Part shown: one piece after another, positions 27,332 to 41,904 of the stretch
Position numbering within the stretch: position 1 is the first letter of the stretch
How the letters are laid out: each line of letters begins with the position of its first letter
NCBI RefSeq assembly: GCF_009914755.1
Contig: NC_060930.1
Reading direction: 5' to 3' (one strand)
Source: the human T2T-CHM13v2.0 reference genome, Homo sapiens
Length of the DNA: 64,000 nucleotides
The notes under the pieces: model-generated
What the model saw: the letters and a program-made list of their open reading frames with translations, nothing else
Told to the model about the DNA's origin: nothing
The model's database searches: none
Position numbers and translations under genes: made by a program

Positions 27332-28384
27332 CCTGCGCCCGCTGTCTGGCACTCCCTAGTGAGATGAACCGGGTACCTCAGACGGAAATGCAGAAATCAC
27401 CCTTCTTCTGCGTCGCTCACGCTGGGAGCTGTAGACCGGAGCTGTTCCTATTCAGCCATCTTGGCTCCTCCCTCCCAACTGGAACATTTCAAAGGCAAGG
27501 CTGAGATAAATGCTGTTTACAAATTCCAGAAAAGAAAAAAAAAACAATGCTGCTCTTCTGCTCAGCAATAGGTTTTCCCAGCCAAGCCAGCACTTCTGTG
27601 GGTTGTATTTAAGTCTTAAGTGTGTCAGAGCTGTTCCCTGCAGGCGCTGGTATTGTCCAAGGGGGGAAGTTTGAGGACAGTGTCTCTGAAAACTCCAAGC
27701 TTTTGGATGAAGCAACCTTTCCACATTAAGTATGTAACATAAGACCTGGTAGATATCTCCTATGATTTACCCATCATGCAAAAGGACTGAGTCTCTGCAA
27801 AACAGGGCTTTCAAAGAACCTTTTTCAGGAGAAGAAAATGTTGGAAGAGCTGATTCATTGCCTATTTGCTTTTGACTTGGCATCTAAACTGATCCCTGTA
27901 AAAGTATTTATGGGTATGGACAACAAATAATGAAAGGGATCAAAATCGGAATGTTTCATTCAGTTTAACCTGGCCCATGCAGTGCACTTCAGGCCATAGA
28001 CTCTGGTTTGAACTCTGTGACTTCTACGATCCCTTGGCTTTGTTTGTTTCATTGCTTGGACCTTCAGACTGATCAGAGTTCTGTGAGTACAGTAGGTGCT
28101 CGATAAATGCTTATTCTGGGTACTACCATTGATGCCTGTGGCAGTGACTGCAGATGAGCAGGCTCCGGCAGCAGTGAGGTGTGGGGCTGGAGGTCCTGGC
28201 TCTGGCATCCAACCCTGCTCCATCCGCCACACTAGCTGTGTGACTTTGGGGAAGCTATGAACCTCTGCTGAACTCTATATTAGTAAGACGAGAGTGGTAG
28301 TAATAGCACCTCCCTCATAGGGTCAGAGTGAGGAGTAAATGAAATAGCCTGTGTAAAGGACCTAGTGTGGTGCCTCATATATGT

Positions 28385-30020
28385 GAAAACTACTCATGGA
28401 ACAGGGGAGTAGTATCCAGAATATGCAAGGAACTCAAACATCTCCACAGCAAAAAAACCAACCCAATTAAAATATGGGCAAATGACTGGAGTAGACATTT
28501 CTCAAAGAAAACATATGAATGTCCAACGAATGAATGAAAATGTGCTCAACATCACTAATCCTCAGAGAAATGCAAACCTAAACCACAATGAGCTATTTTC
28601 TCACCCCAGTAAGGATGGCTATTATCAAAAAGACAAAAATAGCATGCTGGTGAGGATGCAGAAAAAAAGGGAACTTTTGTACATAGTTAGTAGGAATTTA
28701 AACTGCGCAATCACTCTGGAGAACAGTATGCAGGTTCCTTAAAAAACTACAAATAGAAGTACCATATGATCCAGCTATCTCACTACTGGGCTTTATCTAA
28801 CAGAATGGAAATCATTATATCAAAGAGTCATCTGCAGCCCCAGGTTTATTGCAGCTCTCTTCACAATAACCAAGACATGGAATCAACCTAGTTGTCTGAC
28901 CACACATGAATGGATAAAGAAAATGTGGTATATACATATCATGGAATACTATTCAGCCATAAAAAGAATGGAATCCTATCATTCACAGTAACATGAGTGA
29001 CGTTAGAGGACATTATGTTAAATAAGCCAGGAACAGAAAGGTTAGCACTGCATGTTCTCACTCATATGTGTCAGCTAAAAGAGTTGAACACAGGAAGTAA
29101 AAAGTAGGACAGAAGGTACTAGAGGCTGAGAAGAATCCAGGGCAGGGAGGGATAGGAAGAAAGTTGTTAAAGGCTATAAAATTACAGCTTGATAGGAGGA
29201 ATATGTTCTAGTGTTCTATACCACTGCAGGATGTCGACAATAATGAATAGTTTCAAATATCTAAAAGGGGGATGTTGAATATTCCCAACATAAATATATA
29301 AAAAATGATAAACGTTTGAGATGATGTATATGTTAATTACCCTGATTTGATCACTATACATTATATGTATTGAAAATCTCTATGTACACCATGAATATGT
29401 ACAATTATTATTTGTTGATTAAAACTTTTTTTAGAAAAACTTGATCTTATAGAATTAGAAAGTAGAATAATGGTTATCAGAGGCTGAGAAGCAGAGTTGG
29501 GGAGAGGACAGTCAAGAGAGGTTGGTCAATGGGTTCAAAGTTCCAGTTAGAAATAATAAGTTCTGGTTGTTCTATTACACACTAAGGTGACTATAGCTAA
29601 TAATAATGTATTGTATATTTCAAAATAAAACTTTTAAAAAAAAACTTGATCTCATAGAATAAGAAAGTAGAATAATGGTTATCAGAGGCTGAGAAGGGTA
29701 GTTGGGGAGAAGACAATCGAGAGAGGTTGGTCAATGGGTTCAAAGTTCCAGTTAGAAATAATACGTTCTGGTTGTTCTATTACACATTAGGGTGACTATA
29801 GCTAATAACAATGTATTGTATATTTCAAAATAACTAGAAGAGAGGATTTTAAATCTTCTCACCACAAAGAAAGGATAAATGTTTAAGGTGATAAATATGC
29901 TGATTACCCTAATTGACCATTATACAAGGTATCCATGCATTGAAACATCACACTGTACCCCATAAATATGTACGATTGCTATGTGTCAATTGTAAATGAA
30001 ATGAAACATTTAAAAAAGAG
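28385..30020 (+). mobile_element. L1M (L1MA-like) 3' fragments including a 206-bp tandem duplication
   Basis: ORF2 C-terminal and 3'UTR motifs (gaatggataaagaaaatgtgg, aaagtagaataatggttatcagaggctg). Confidence 0.8.
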
Positions 30021-30864
30021 CTTAGTATGGTGCCTAGACACTTTAGGCATTAATCAATCAAATAATATCAAGATATTATTATTATTATTCCTCCTCCCAG
30101 TAGTAAATTGCAGTGTAGTGGTTAAAAGTAATCACTTAAGACTCAGATATTTGGGTTAGAAACTGGCTCTGCCAATTTCTGTTGGCATAACTTTGGGCAA
30201 ATCAGTTTCAATGTCCTGATCTATAAAATGGTAATAATAACAGAGAAAAACTCTGGTGATTGTAGCATGGTATAGGTAATTCATAGTGCTGTTTGTGCCT
30301 GGCACAGATGGACAAGCCTACAATAAATCATAGCTAGTAGTAAAATAAAAATCATGAAAAGGGTATGTTTAGATTAGCCACCAATGCTTAATTGTCCTCT
30401 AAGGTAATAACGTTATTTGTCTAATTTCACCTTTCCACTTACTTGCTTATCGGAAGGTTGATAGCTAGGGATTGCCAGAGTGTCTGAACTCAGAGGTAAC
30501 TTCCCCTGAAGATCAAGGGCTGTCTGCAGCCCCTGCTGGAAGCCGGCTTGCCAACATCAGTCCTTCCACTTGGAGCAATTCTTGTGCAGTCACTGATGCA
30601 AAGTAATATTGAAAGAATTGCCTCAAGGATGTTCAATGGTGATTACTATTGATCGTGGCCTGGTAGGTGGAAAGACTGCTCAGAGGAACTAAATGCAGCG
30701 ACCTCAGCTCTCACAGTTATTTATATATTGGAACTTGGTTTTGCAAAGTAAGTCAAATGAAACTGAACAACATTTGCAATAATCCTTCACTGCTGGCCAG
30801 ACAGAGAAGGGTTTTGGGCTAAGAACTGGGCTAAGGAACCCTGCAGGTTTGAGGTTAGTTATGA

Positions 30865-31240
<376 letters not shown>

Positions 31241-31620
31241 AGTGGATTCTTTCTTCTCTGGCCACTCTTAAGGGACTCATGTACTGTTGGATTCAGAAGA
31301 GGGCGTTTAAAAATTCAGGGAACCACCTTCCCCTACTGAGCTCTAACACTAAGAACCAGAGGACCTATTCTTTTATGAAGGTCAAATGACCTTTGAAAAG
31401 GGGGACTTCCTTTTCTCCATAAATGATATTCTTTTCTTTTCCAAGGGGCTTAGGGCCCCCCAAGTTTGAGGCACACCCTGCCTTCAGTGGCGTGCCATGG
31501 CCTTTGGGTTAAAATGCACAATATTTAGCAAAACAGTCTCCCCAGTCATCTGGCCCGGTCTGGTTTCCTCTCTTACCCCTCCCGCAGTGCTCCTCACCTG
31601 CTTATTCTGGTTTAACCAGG

Positions 31621-32062
31621 TGCCTTAGTCAGCTGGGGCTGACATCACAAAATACCACACACGGGAGGTGGGGTGGTAGGGTTGGGGGTTAGATACAGAC
31701 ATTTATTTCTCACGTTTGGAGACTGGATGTCCAAGATCAAGGTGTTGGCCAATGCAGTGTCTGATGAAATCTCTTTTCTTGCTTTTAGACAGCGCCACTC
31801 CTCACTACACCCTGACATGGCATCTCCTCTGCTTGTTCGAGGAGGGAAAGGAACGGGGTGTGTGTGTGTGTGTGTGCGTTTGTGTGTAGATTGCTGTCTT
31901 CCTCTTCCTATACGGGCACTAATCCCATCATGGGAACCACACCCTTATCACCTGATCTAACCCTCATCACCTCCAAAGGCCCTGCCTCCAAATACTAGCA
32001 CATCATGAGTCAGGGCTTCAGCATATGAATTTTGGGGGGACACAAACGTTCAGCCCATAACA
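31621..32062 (-). mobile_element. MLT1A-type MaLR LTR
   Basis: ttagtcagct...aaaataccac...atttatttctcac...ggggacacaaacgttcagcccataaca. Confidence 0.75.
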
Positions 32063-32851
32063 TCAGGGATTGCAAACTGTCACCTTCAGGGGCCAGGCAG
32101 GTACAATGAATTCTTGATGAGAGAAGGAAATTTAATATTTCAAACACAGTCATTTTTCATTGTCACTCCAGCCAGCCACACAAAACCAAGTTCACTGTCC
32201 CTCTCTTTTCTAAGTCCCCTCTCTTCCCCACACCCAGGTTCAGCCCAGGACAGCTCACACACTCCATCCCCAGCCAGGTGGGGCCAGGGCCTCTCCAACA
32301 TCCCCAAGCTGGGGATGCTTCTGGCAGGATGACGGGCCTGGAAGCCAAGTAACTGGCTGACCCCGGGGACAAGGTGACCACGACGAACGACGACACGAGC
32401 AAACCAGGCCGCAGCTGATCCTCCTGAGGCTGCAGGGGCCCTGTGTCCCCATCCGTTCCCTCTGTGCAAAACCTTGACTCCCTGAGGTCTCCTGCCCCAC
32501 CCTGCACCCTTCTTGCTCTGAATATGGAGGCACCTTGTACTTCCAGGAGGCAAAAGAGCCCTGAGGGAACCTCCTTCCATTTCCTGCTGTGAGGACAGCG
32601 GACCCCTGTCGCTGCCCAACTCCTTTGTCCTTTCCCCACAGGGACTACCTTTCCTCGAGTGACAGCCCCGCTCTCCTCAGGAACTCACCCCTGGTAACCC
32701 CTTCTCTCTTCTCGCCACCTATGGCCGCTCTCCTGTGAGCACTCCCGGGGCCTCCAGCTCCTTCTCTCTTGGCTTCATCCCAGACACATTTCTTCAGAGT
32801 TATCCTAATATGCTGTTTCCATTTTGTTTCCCACTGACTCTTCAGCCGTGA

Positions 32852-33470
<619 letters not shown>

Positions 33471-34513
33471 AGGCTGTCATCTGGGTAATCCATCAAGGAC
33501 TGTGACACTTTGTTACCGCAGCACAAGTGGGCTGAGACATATGGCGTGATTTCTCTTCCCACCCCTCTACTGACTGTCATCGCCAAACTCAGTGAGCATT
33601 TTTTAGTCCTTATCTTTCTAAAAGGACATCTTGATAGAGCGGGGACTGGAGCTCAGACAGTGCTGGTGATTAGGGTTGGGGTGTCTCCCCAGTTGATTTA
33701 CAGTTGAGGCTTGGACACTGTTTTAAACTTGGGAGGAGTCTCCTAACCATCTAAACACAACCCTGATTCACCTGGTGGGCCAGAGCAGTCTGCCTGGAAG
33801 AAAAATACTGAGAAGCCAGCACTCTCATGACTATTGAGGTGCAGGGATATAAAATCTTGTACAAATTGCGATGGCTCTGGGCCAAGATCAATTTGTTAGA
33901 ACCAGCCAGGCTTCCTGAGAGAATGTTCCATTAAGGGGAAAAGGAGTTTGGCTGGGCTTGACCAGGCAGTTCTCTCCCTTGGGGTCTCTCGTGAGGTTAC
34001 TGTCAGATGGTGGTACAGCCACAGAAGTGGCTCCATACCACATGGCTGGCTGTGCCAAGCACTTAGCGGTCTCCCCCAACACCGTGATGTCGGGTTGGAG
34101 GGACTACTGGTTTGAGATAGAAAGTGGGACGAATGCTAAAACTCCATTTTAACCCTGCCACCACAGCACCAAAAAGCACATCTTTCAGCATGCTTTGTGG
34201 AAGAAGGATTGCATGTTTATGGCAATTAAAGATTGCAACACTTTTGATTCCCATAAAACTGTGTCTGGTTACACCTCTGACTGAACACAAGGGGGGGCTA
34301 TCCTCTGAAATAGCAGAAACCTAACTTTCTGTGTGCAATGACAGCCAGAGCTTATTCCTCAGGTACCACCTGCCATAAATATACAAGTCCCTTTACCTAA
34401 CAAAGACACAGTGATATTGGGGGTTCAGGCCACCACTAGTGGAGGGGGAGGAGACTAACCTTTGGCTCAACCTTCAGTGGAAGCAGATGTGCTTGAAGCT
34501 ATTTGGGCAACAG

Positions 34514-34538
34514 AGTTCAAGGATTTGACCTGTGTCAA
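34514..34538. promoter_or_regulatory. Nuclear-receptor element: IR6 AGTTCA-aggatt-TGACCT overlapping a DR1-like TGACCTgTGTCAA
   Basis: Motif seen directly. It is ~28.7 kb from the LPA start and ~9.5 kb from the PLG ATG, consistent with the described intergenic DHII enhancer (recall). Confidence 0.55.
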
Positions 34539-34679
34539 CATGGGAGAGGGAAAGATTATAGCGGGACACTTTTGGCAAGCTCTGGAAGGAGACGAATTAT
34601 GGAACATGCGCAAATAGAGACCGATGCACAGAAAAGCTAATAACATTCAGGCTCAGGGCTCCTTCCTTGCATGAGTCCC

Positions 34680-35180
34680 ATGGCAGATTGTATTTTCCAA
34701 GATGGCAGCCACAAGACTCCAGCCACATGTACTCTTCTTACAGGATGAGGCCAATAGTCCTCCCATGGAAAGGTGGGGTCTATATGTCCTTCCCTAGAAT
34801 CTGGGGAGACTTGTGACTCTCATGCAGATGATGCTGGAGTATTTCCAGGCTAGACTGTAAAGGAGAAATAACTTCTGCCTGATTCTGTTGGAAGCCAGTT
34901 GCAGGCTTCTAGGAAGCCCAGACACATGGAGAAGTTCTGAGTGTTTTGGCCGATAGTCACAGATGAGATTCCAGCAACAGCTGGGATCACCCATGAGATG
35001 TGCGTGAGGAAGGCTTTGAGATGGTTTCAGCCCTAGCCACCACTGACCTAAGAGACCACAAGAAAGAGAATCACCTGGCCAAACCCAGCAGACCTTCAGA
35101 ATTCAGAAATAAAATAATTCGTCTTATTTTAAGCCACTGTGTTTTGGTTTGATTCATCCCATAGCAAAAGACAACTTCAA
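34680..35180 (+). mobile_element. MLT1-type LTR
   Basis: tggcagattgtattttccaagatggc...ttttaagccactgtgttttgg...atagcaaaagacaac. Confidence 0.7.
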
Positions 35181-35557
35181 CAGGCCCTTTCTGAGGCTCT
35201 GGAGGGGCCCTGGCAATGTATCCATTTGGTCATTTGCTTTTGTCAAAAGCAGACATTTTAGCTGTAATTGGCTAAAATTCTGATCTCTTTCTGCCCTCAT
35301 GTTGGGTGGTGGTGGAGTGGATGTGGGCATTTTGAGGATCCAGCAAAAGAAGAATTGAGTTGAGTCATTGAGTTTGGGTTCCATGGGATTTATTTATGTG
35401 GTATGGAGTCATTTCTGTGTATGTTATTGCTAGCTGTCCCTGTGTAAAACAGATTTCAGAATAGTCTTCACCTCCCTTGTGCTGACTTACCTAGAGGTGT
35501 AATGTAAATATGCAAGACCATAGATTACATCACGATTGTGTCACAAGACATGTGCGT

Positions 35558-35890
35558 TTGCAGGAACATGGATGGAGCTGGAGGCCATTATTCTTAGCAA
35601 ACTAACACAGGAACAGAAAACCAAATATCGCATGTTCTCACTTATAAGTAGGAGCTAAATGATGAGAACACATGGACACGTCGAGGGGAACAACACACAC
35701 TGGGGCCTATCAGAGGTTGGAGGATGGGAAGAGAGAGAGCGTCAGGAAAAATAACTAATGAGTACTAGGTTTAATACCTGGGTGATGAAATAATCTGCAC
35801 AACAAACCCCCATGACACATGTTTACCTATGTAACAACCCTGCACTTTTATCCCTGAACTTAAAATAAAAGTTGAATAAGAAAAATAGAA
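35558..35890 (+). mobile_element. L1PA (old) 3' end fragment
   Basis: tttgcaggaacatggatggagctggaggccatt...ccctgaacttaaaataaaagt; similar to 17555-17870. Confidence 0.9.
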
Positions 35891-36661
35891 ATGTACAAAG
35901 CTAGAAAAGAGTGTAGCTCATCCCATCTGGGAATTAAACCAAATCTTACAGCTCATACATAAAAATAGTTTGATAAAGATTTTCCTAAGTGTGCCAAGAA
36001 TCCTGAAAACTAATCTTCCATTATCGATCATGAGCTATGAAGCCAGAAGAAAAATTTAAATCTATCAATAATAAAATACTAGAGCCAAAATAGTTTATTA
36101 TTCTCTTCTCTCATAGAATATGATATTACAACATTATTGAAGAGGCAATCAAAGCATACACAGGCAAAAATGTTGGTAAAGGAGTATTACAGCAATAGGT
36201 CAGGAATTTGTTTAATTAAAATTGCTATTTTACTGAGTTTTATATATATTTAGTGGTAGCAGTAGCCAGAGTAGACTTTGCTGGAGTCTGGGCCATTGAG
36301 ATTGGTATTATTAAGGTTATGTTGGCCTCATTTGCTCTTACCTTCTGGCATACACAGGATACATCTCACTTGATTTCTCACAAGTCTTTGGTACCCATGA
36401 CCACTCCCACCTTTTTACAATTTTCACTTTTGCTGGCTTCTCTGGACTCACGCTGTCAATTTTCCCCTCTGGCTAACTGTTCTCAGTCATCTCTACAGAA
36501 TTCTCTCCTTCTGGGTCTTTATGTTGTTGAGGACTTTATCCTAGGGCTTCTTTTTCTCTCTCTGAGCAAGCTTGTCCACCCCCATTGCTTCAATCCCACC
36601 TATCTGCTGACAACTGCTGATTCCACATCTCCAGCTCAGACCTCTTTCCTAGGCTCTACAC

Positions 36662-36874
36662 CAGGAATTGGCAAACTTTTTCTGTAAAGCGATGATAACA
36701 AATATTTTATCAGCTTGCTGCTCATTGTACTGTCTCTGTCACATCTGCTCAACTCTGCTAAGGTAGTGCAAATATAGCCACAGAAAATGGTAAAAGAATG
36801 GGTGTGGCCATGTTCCAATAAACTTGATTTATAAAAATAAGCCTGCTTCATGGGCTATAATTTGCCAACTCCTG
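36662..36874. mobile_element. MER58-like hAT-Charlie MITE within L2-like sequence
   Basis: TIRs caggaattggcaaa / tttgccaactcctg; internal gtgtggccatgttccaataaac. Confidence 0.8.
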
Positions 36875-37401
36875 TTCTAAACCAGAATATTCAACTCCCT
36901 TCTGGAAATTTCCACTTGGGTTTTCTCAAGTTCCTAAACATAACATTGTCCCCAGGCAATTTCATCTTATTCCCTCCTATGTGTTCCTTCTTAATGAATG
37001 ATCCACTATCCACCAGATGTCCAAGACAGAAATTCAGGCAGCATACTTGATTTCATTCCCCACATTCAGTCAGTCACAAAATCATGTCAATTCTACTTTC
37101 TCAACATCCCCCTAATCCATTCTTTTTTCTCTTTCTCCACTGCCTTCTTTCACCCCCTCTCATCTCTCACCTCCTATGACCTCCTCACTACACTGCAATC
37201 AGAGAGATCAAGCCACCCTTGGATTTTAAAAGCCTTCAGTAACAGTAGTCCCTGCCTTTCTTTGGCTGAAGTCTAAACTTCTTGAAACAGAGTGAGAAGC
37301 CTGCACAATTGGACCATTTCCCCATGTTAGCCAAATTCCTCTCATCTGCCTGCTCCTCCCGCCTCTGGGACCCTGCACATATATTTCTTCTGCTTAAAGA
37401 A

Positions 37402-37849
37402 TGTGTAGCAGGTGAAGCAACTATCTGAGGCCAGTATCCCATGGGCAGTAAGAAGAATTTACCAAGACAGTTGTAGATAAAGAAAGGCAGATTTATTAAA
37501 GAAAGCATGAAAATATGTTGCAAGGCAGCAAGGGGCAGGCCAGCAAGAGAGGAGCTGAATGCCAAGAGACAAAGGCTTGCTGGGGGTTTTATAGGATGTT
37601 GCTTGTGCTGCGTGCTGAAGAGGGCTTAGTGCAGTACTGATAACACCAAGGTTGCAGTGGGATAACCTGCATTTTTCTATCAGCTGAGGGCCTGGTGATA
37701 GCTGGGCACAGGAAGATTGTGAGTTATTTGTGCAGGAGGGCTATGGTCCTGGACCATGAAGAAAGGCAAACTTATAGCTTATCTGCTTTCTCTTTCTTTT
37801 TTCCTCAGTGTCACCAGCCTGATTCCTTTTGCCTAATTAGGACTTCACA
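37402..37849 (-). mobile_element. ERV1-type solo LTR
   Basis: TG...CA ends, agaagaatttaccaagacagttgtag...gcagatttatt (poly(A) signal on -), ttttatag TATA on -. Confidence 0.65.
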
Positions 37850-39328
37850 GAATTATTCTCCTTTCTCATCCTTCCAGCTGTCTTCTAAGTCTCAACTTGG
37901 ATGTCACTTCCTCTGGGAAATGTCTCCTCACCTCTCAAGACTGTCTCTCTGTGCACCACTACAGCAAATGGGACCTGGGCCACTTCACTTTTACAATTCC
38001 AGTTTACAGACCTGCATTGCCCCAACCCCGTTAGACCAAAGACTCCCTGAGGGCAAAGATGGCCTCTTATTTACTCTTGATTCCCTAGCACCCAGCACAG
38101 CACTAAGCATTGTACCCACTGAAAGAACATCTGAAGGATGAGCGTTTATAGCAAAAGTGGTTTCCACTGACGTTCCCTTCTCTCTTCCCCAACTTTGGAT
38201 TGAGGAGCCCAGGAGCTGGTCAGGTGGCAAGATAAGATGAGAACGGAGAAGTCATTACTTGGGGCCTCTGTTTTGCTGGTGTTTTGCTGGTGTGTGGAGA
38301 TGGTGGGTTTCCCTTGAATACCTGGGAGGCAGGAGCAGGCATGAACTACTCCAGCCTCTGGGTTCTGGATCCACATGGGGTGCTGCTGCTCTCTGGCACC
38401 CATCAGTCCTTAACCATCTGGTCTCCAGCCAGGGAAGGAGCGTGGTGGTGGAGAAGCCTCTCTGTCCCACCCACTCATCCCAGGAGCTCACGAGAATCAG
38501 CCAAAGTCCGAGTTCTGCACCCTGAGTTAGGAACTCTATAACTTTAGACTTTCCCTGAGCTTTGGGAGTTCTCTTAACTAGTGTGAAAGCAGTTACATCA
38601 TCCTGGGTCCTCCTAAAATAGACACATGTATCCAAATATAGGCACATGTATTGCAAACATAACATGTATGTATATATGTAAATATATACATATAATTTTT
38701 GTTTTGAATTAAGTATAAACACAACAAGTTACAAATATAGTACTGAGAGGTCCTTGTATGGCCCCGCCTCCCTCAGGCAGTATCTTACATAACTATAGTT
38801 CATGATTACAACTGGAAAGTTGCCATTGGCACCACATCAGTCTGCAGACCTTGCTCAGATTTCACCAGGTTTTTTGTGCACTCATTTGCTTTCCTGAAAA
38901 TATTTTAATGTTTTTCTACATGACTTATCTCCCCGACATACTGTGAGATAAGGTTTTTTTTTCTCCGAATAAGCTTAGAGAACAATGAATGTGAGAGGTG
39001 GGAAGGATGATTTGGTGCATCTCTGTTTTATCCATGGTGAGTCTGGACCTCAGAGCAGAAGGACCCTCGTCTCTCCTCTGGGGAGTCCTGGTGCCAACTC
39101 AGTGCAGGCTGCTAAGTTATCCGGGTCTGACTGTCTTCTTCTCTGCTAAAATTTGTCTTAAGCATGTAACACAGCCATGCTTATTAATGATGAGGAGACA
39201 GCCAATGAAAATTAATTTTTTCAAAGATGAATAGATATCTAGATTTTTTCAAGCACAACTCATTTAAGAAAATATCACCTCACTGAGCCCCAAATGAGTT
39301 AGGTCTCACTTAGAAAGTGTCCCCTAGT

Positions 39329-39670
<342 letters not shown>

Positions 39671-40234
39671 TTAACCACTGTGCTAACTTGAGAGATAGTC
39701 TGCTATCTCTTTACAGGACATGAGGGCTGATAATCACCTCATTGCATGGTCCTGGGGACTGATGAACAAAGGCTAACATGTGGAAAAGGGCAACTAAAGA
39801 AAGAAGAGCCACCTCCAGGTTAATTAGTACAAGTCTCCTCGCTGGTATGCCCTAATACACTAAAACAGCAGTAAAAACAATCTGCACATTGGCATCGAAG
39901 GCACAGATAAACTTGCCGAGGACTCTTACCACGGCAGAGGGATGCTTTATATGAGTCCTTAGTAGATTAATTAAGTTCTTGCTAGTTCCATTTGGAAATG
40001 ATGCTGTCCTCTTGGGGCTATGCAGAGAAGTTCATGTTGATGAAATGAGCTGTCCTAGAATGGCAGTTCCCGGGCAGCAGAGCCTGGGCTCAAGGAAGGT
40101 TGAAAGAAGGGGTGGCGTGGAGCTGCCAGGTGCAAATGTCAGGCCAGCAATGCAGTCCAGCTTGCATGGACGTGCTTCGCCTAGGAAGTTGTGACTTGGC
40201 TGCATTTTCCACTTCAGGTGAGATGGAAGGTTGA

Positions 40235-40746
<512 letters not shown>

Positions 40747-40882
40747 TATTTGAACGTTCCTATGCCTGCTACAAGTGCAGCAGCAGAATCTCCACACATC
40801 TTGCGTGCGAAAGTTTCCTGTAGTTCCTTTAGCATAGAGAGGCTGGGGAAGGTTAGAGACTGACTTGTACTCTTTAGACATA

Positions 40883-41904
40883 TAGTTGATCATTGAACAA
40901 CACACGTCTGAACTGTTACACACAGATTTTTTTCAATAAATGTGTTAGAAAATGTTTTGGAGTTTTGCAACAATTTGAAAAAACTCAAAGACAAACCATC
41001 CAGCTAGAAATATCAACAAAAATAGAAAAAGTTAAGTATGTCATGAATGCATAAAATATATGTAGATACCTAGTCTATTTTATTCTTTACTACCATAAAA
41101 TATAACAAAACTATTGCAAAAGTTAAAATTTAGTAAAAATTGTGTACACACTCACAGATCGTATATGGTGCTATTCTCAGTTGAGAGAAGTGTATACAAA
41201 CATCAAGATGCAGTATTAAATTGTAACTGCATAAATTTAACCGTAGTGCATACCACACTATGGTAATAATTTCATATCCTCCTCCTGTTGCTGTTGCAAT
41301 GAGCAAAGGTGTTGCGAGTATCCACTTAAAACGTTCTGTGATACTCAACATTCCATCATGAGCAGTTCATCCCCAGTGAATTGCGCATCACAGTAAAAAG
41401 TGCTCTCTCCCTGTTCGCATGTATTTTTCGTCCTGTTTCGTGCTGTACTGTAAACCTTGAATAACACCATGGGATCCAATATGAAGTGGCACTAGTGATG
41501 CTGGAAGTGCTCCCAAGAAGCAGAGAAAAGTCATGACATTTGACATTACAAGAAAAACTGGATTTGCTTGATATGTAACAGAGACTGAGGTCTGTAGCTG
41601 GGGTTGCTTCCATTTCAGACAGATGATTCATCTTGTAAACAGGTGGTGTAAACTTACTGTATGGAAAAATACATAACAGTACCACAGATGTATTTTCTCC
41701 TTACGAACATTTCCTTTTCTCTAGCTTACTTTATTGTAAGAATACAGTATATCATACATATAACATACAAAATACATGTTATTAACTGTTGCTGGTCAAC
41801 AGCAGGCTGTTAGTAGTTAAGTTTTTGAGAGTCAGAGTTATACCTGGATTTTCTACTGTGTATGGTCAGTGTGCCAACCCCTGAAATTGATCAAGGGTCA
41901 ACTG
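40883..41904. mobile_element. Tigger3/Golem-like non-autonomous Tc1-mariner DNA transposon
   Basis: TIRs (t)agttgatcattgaaca / tgatcaagggtcaactg flanked by TA. Confidence 0.8.
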
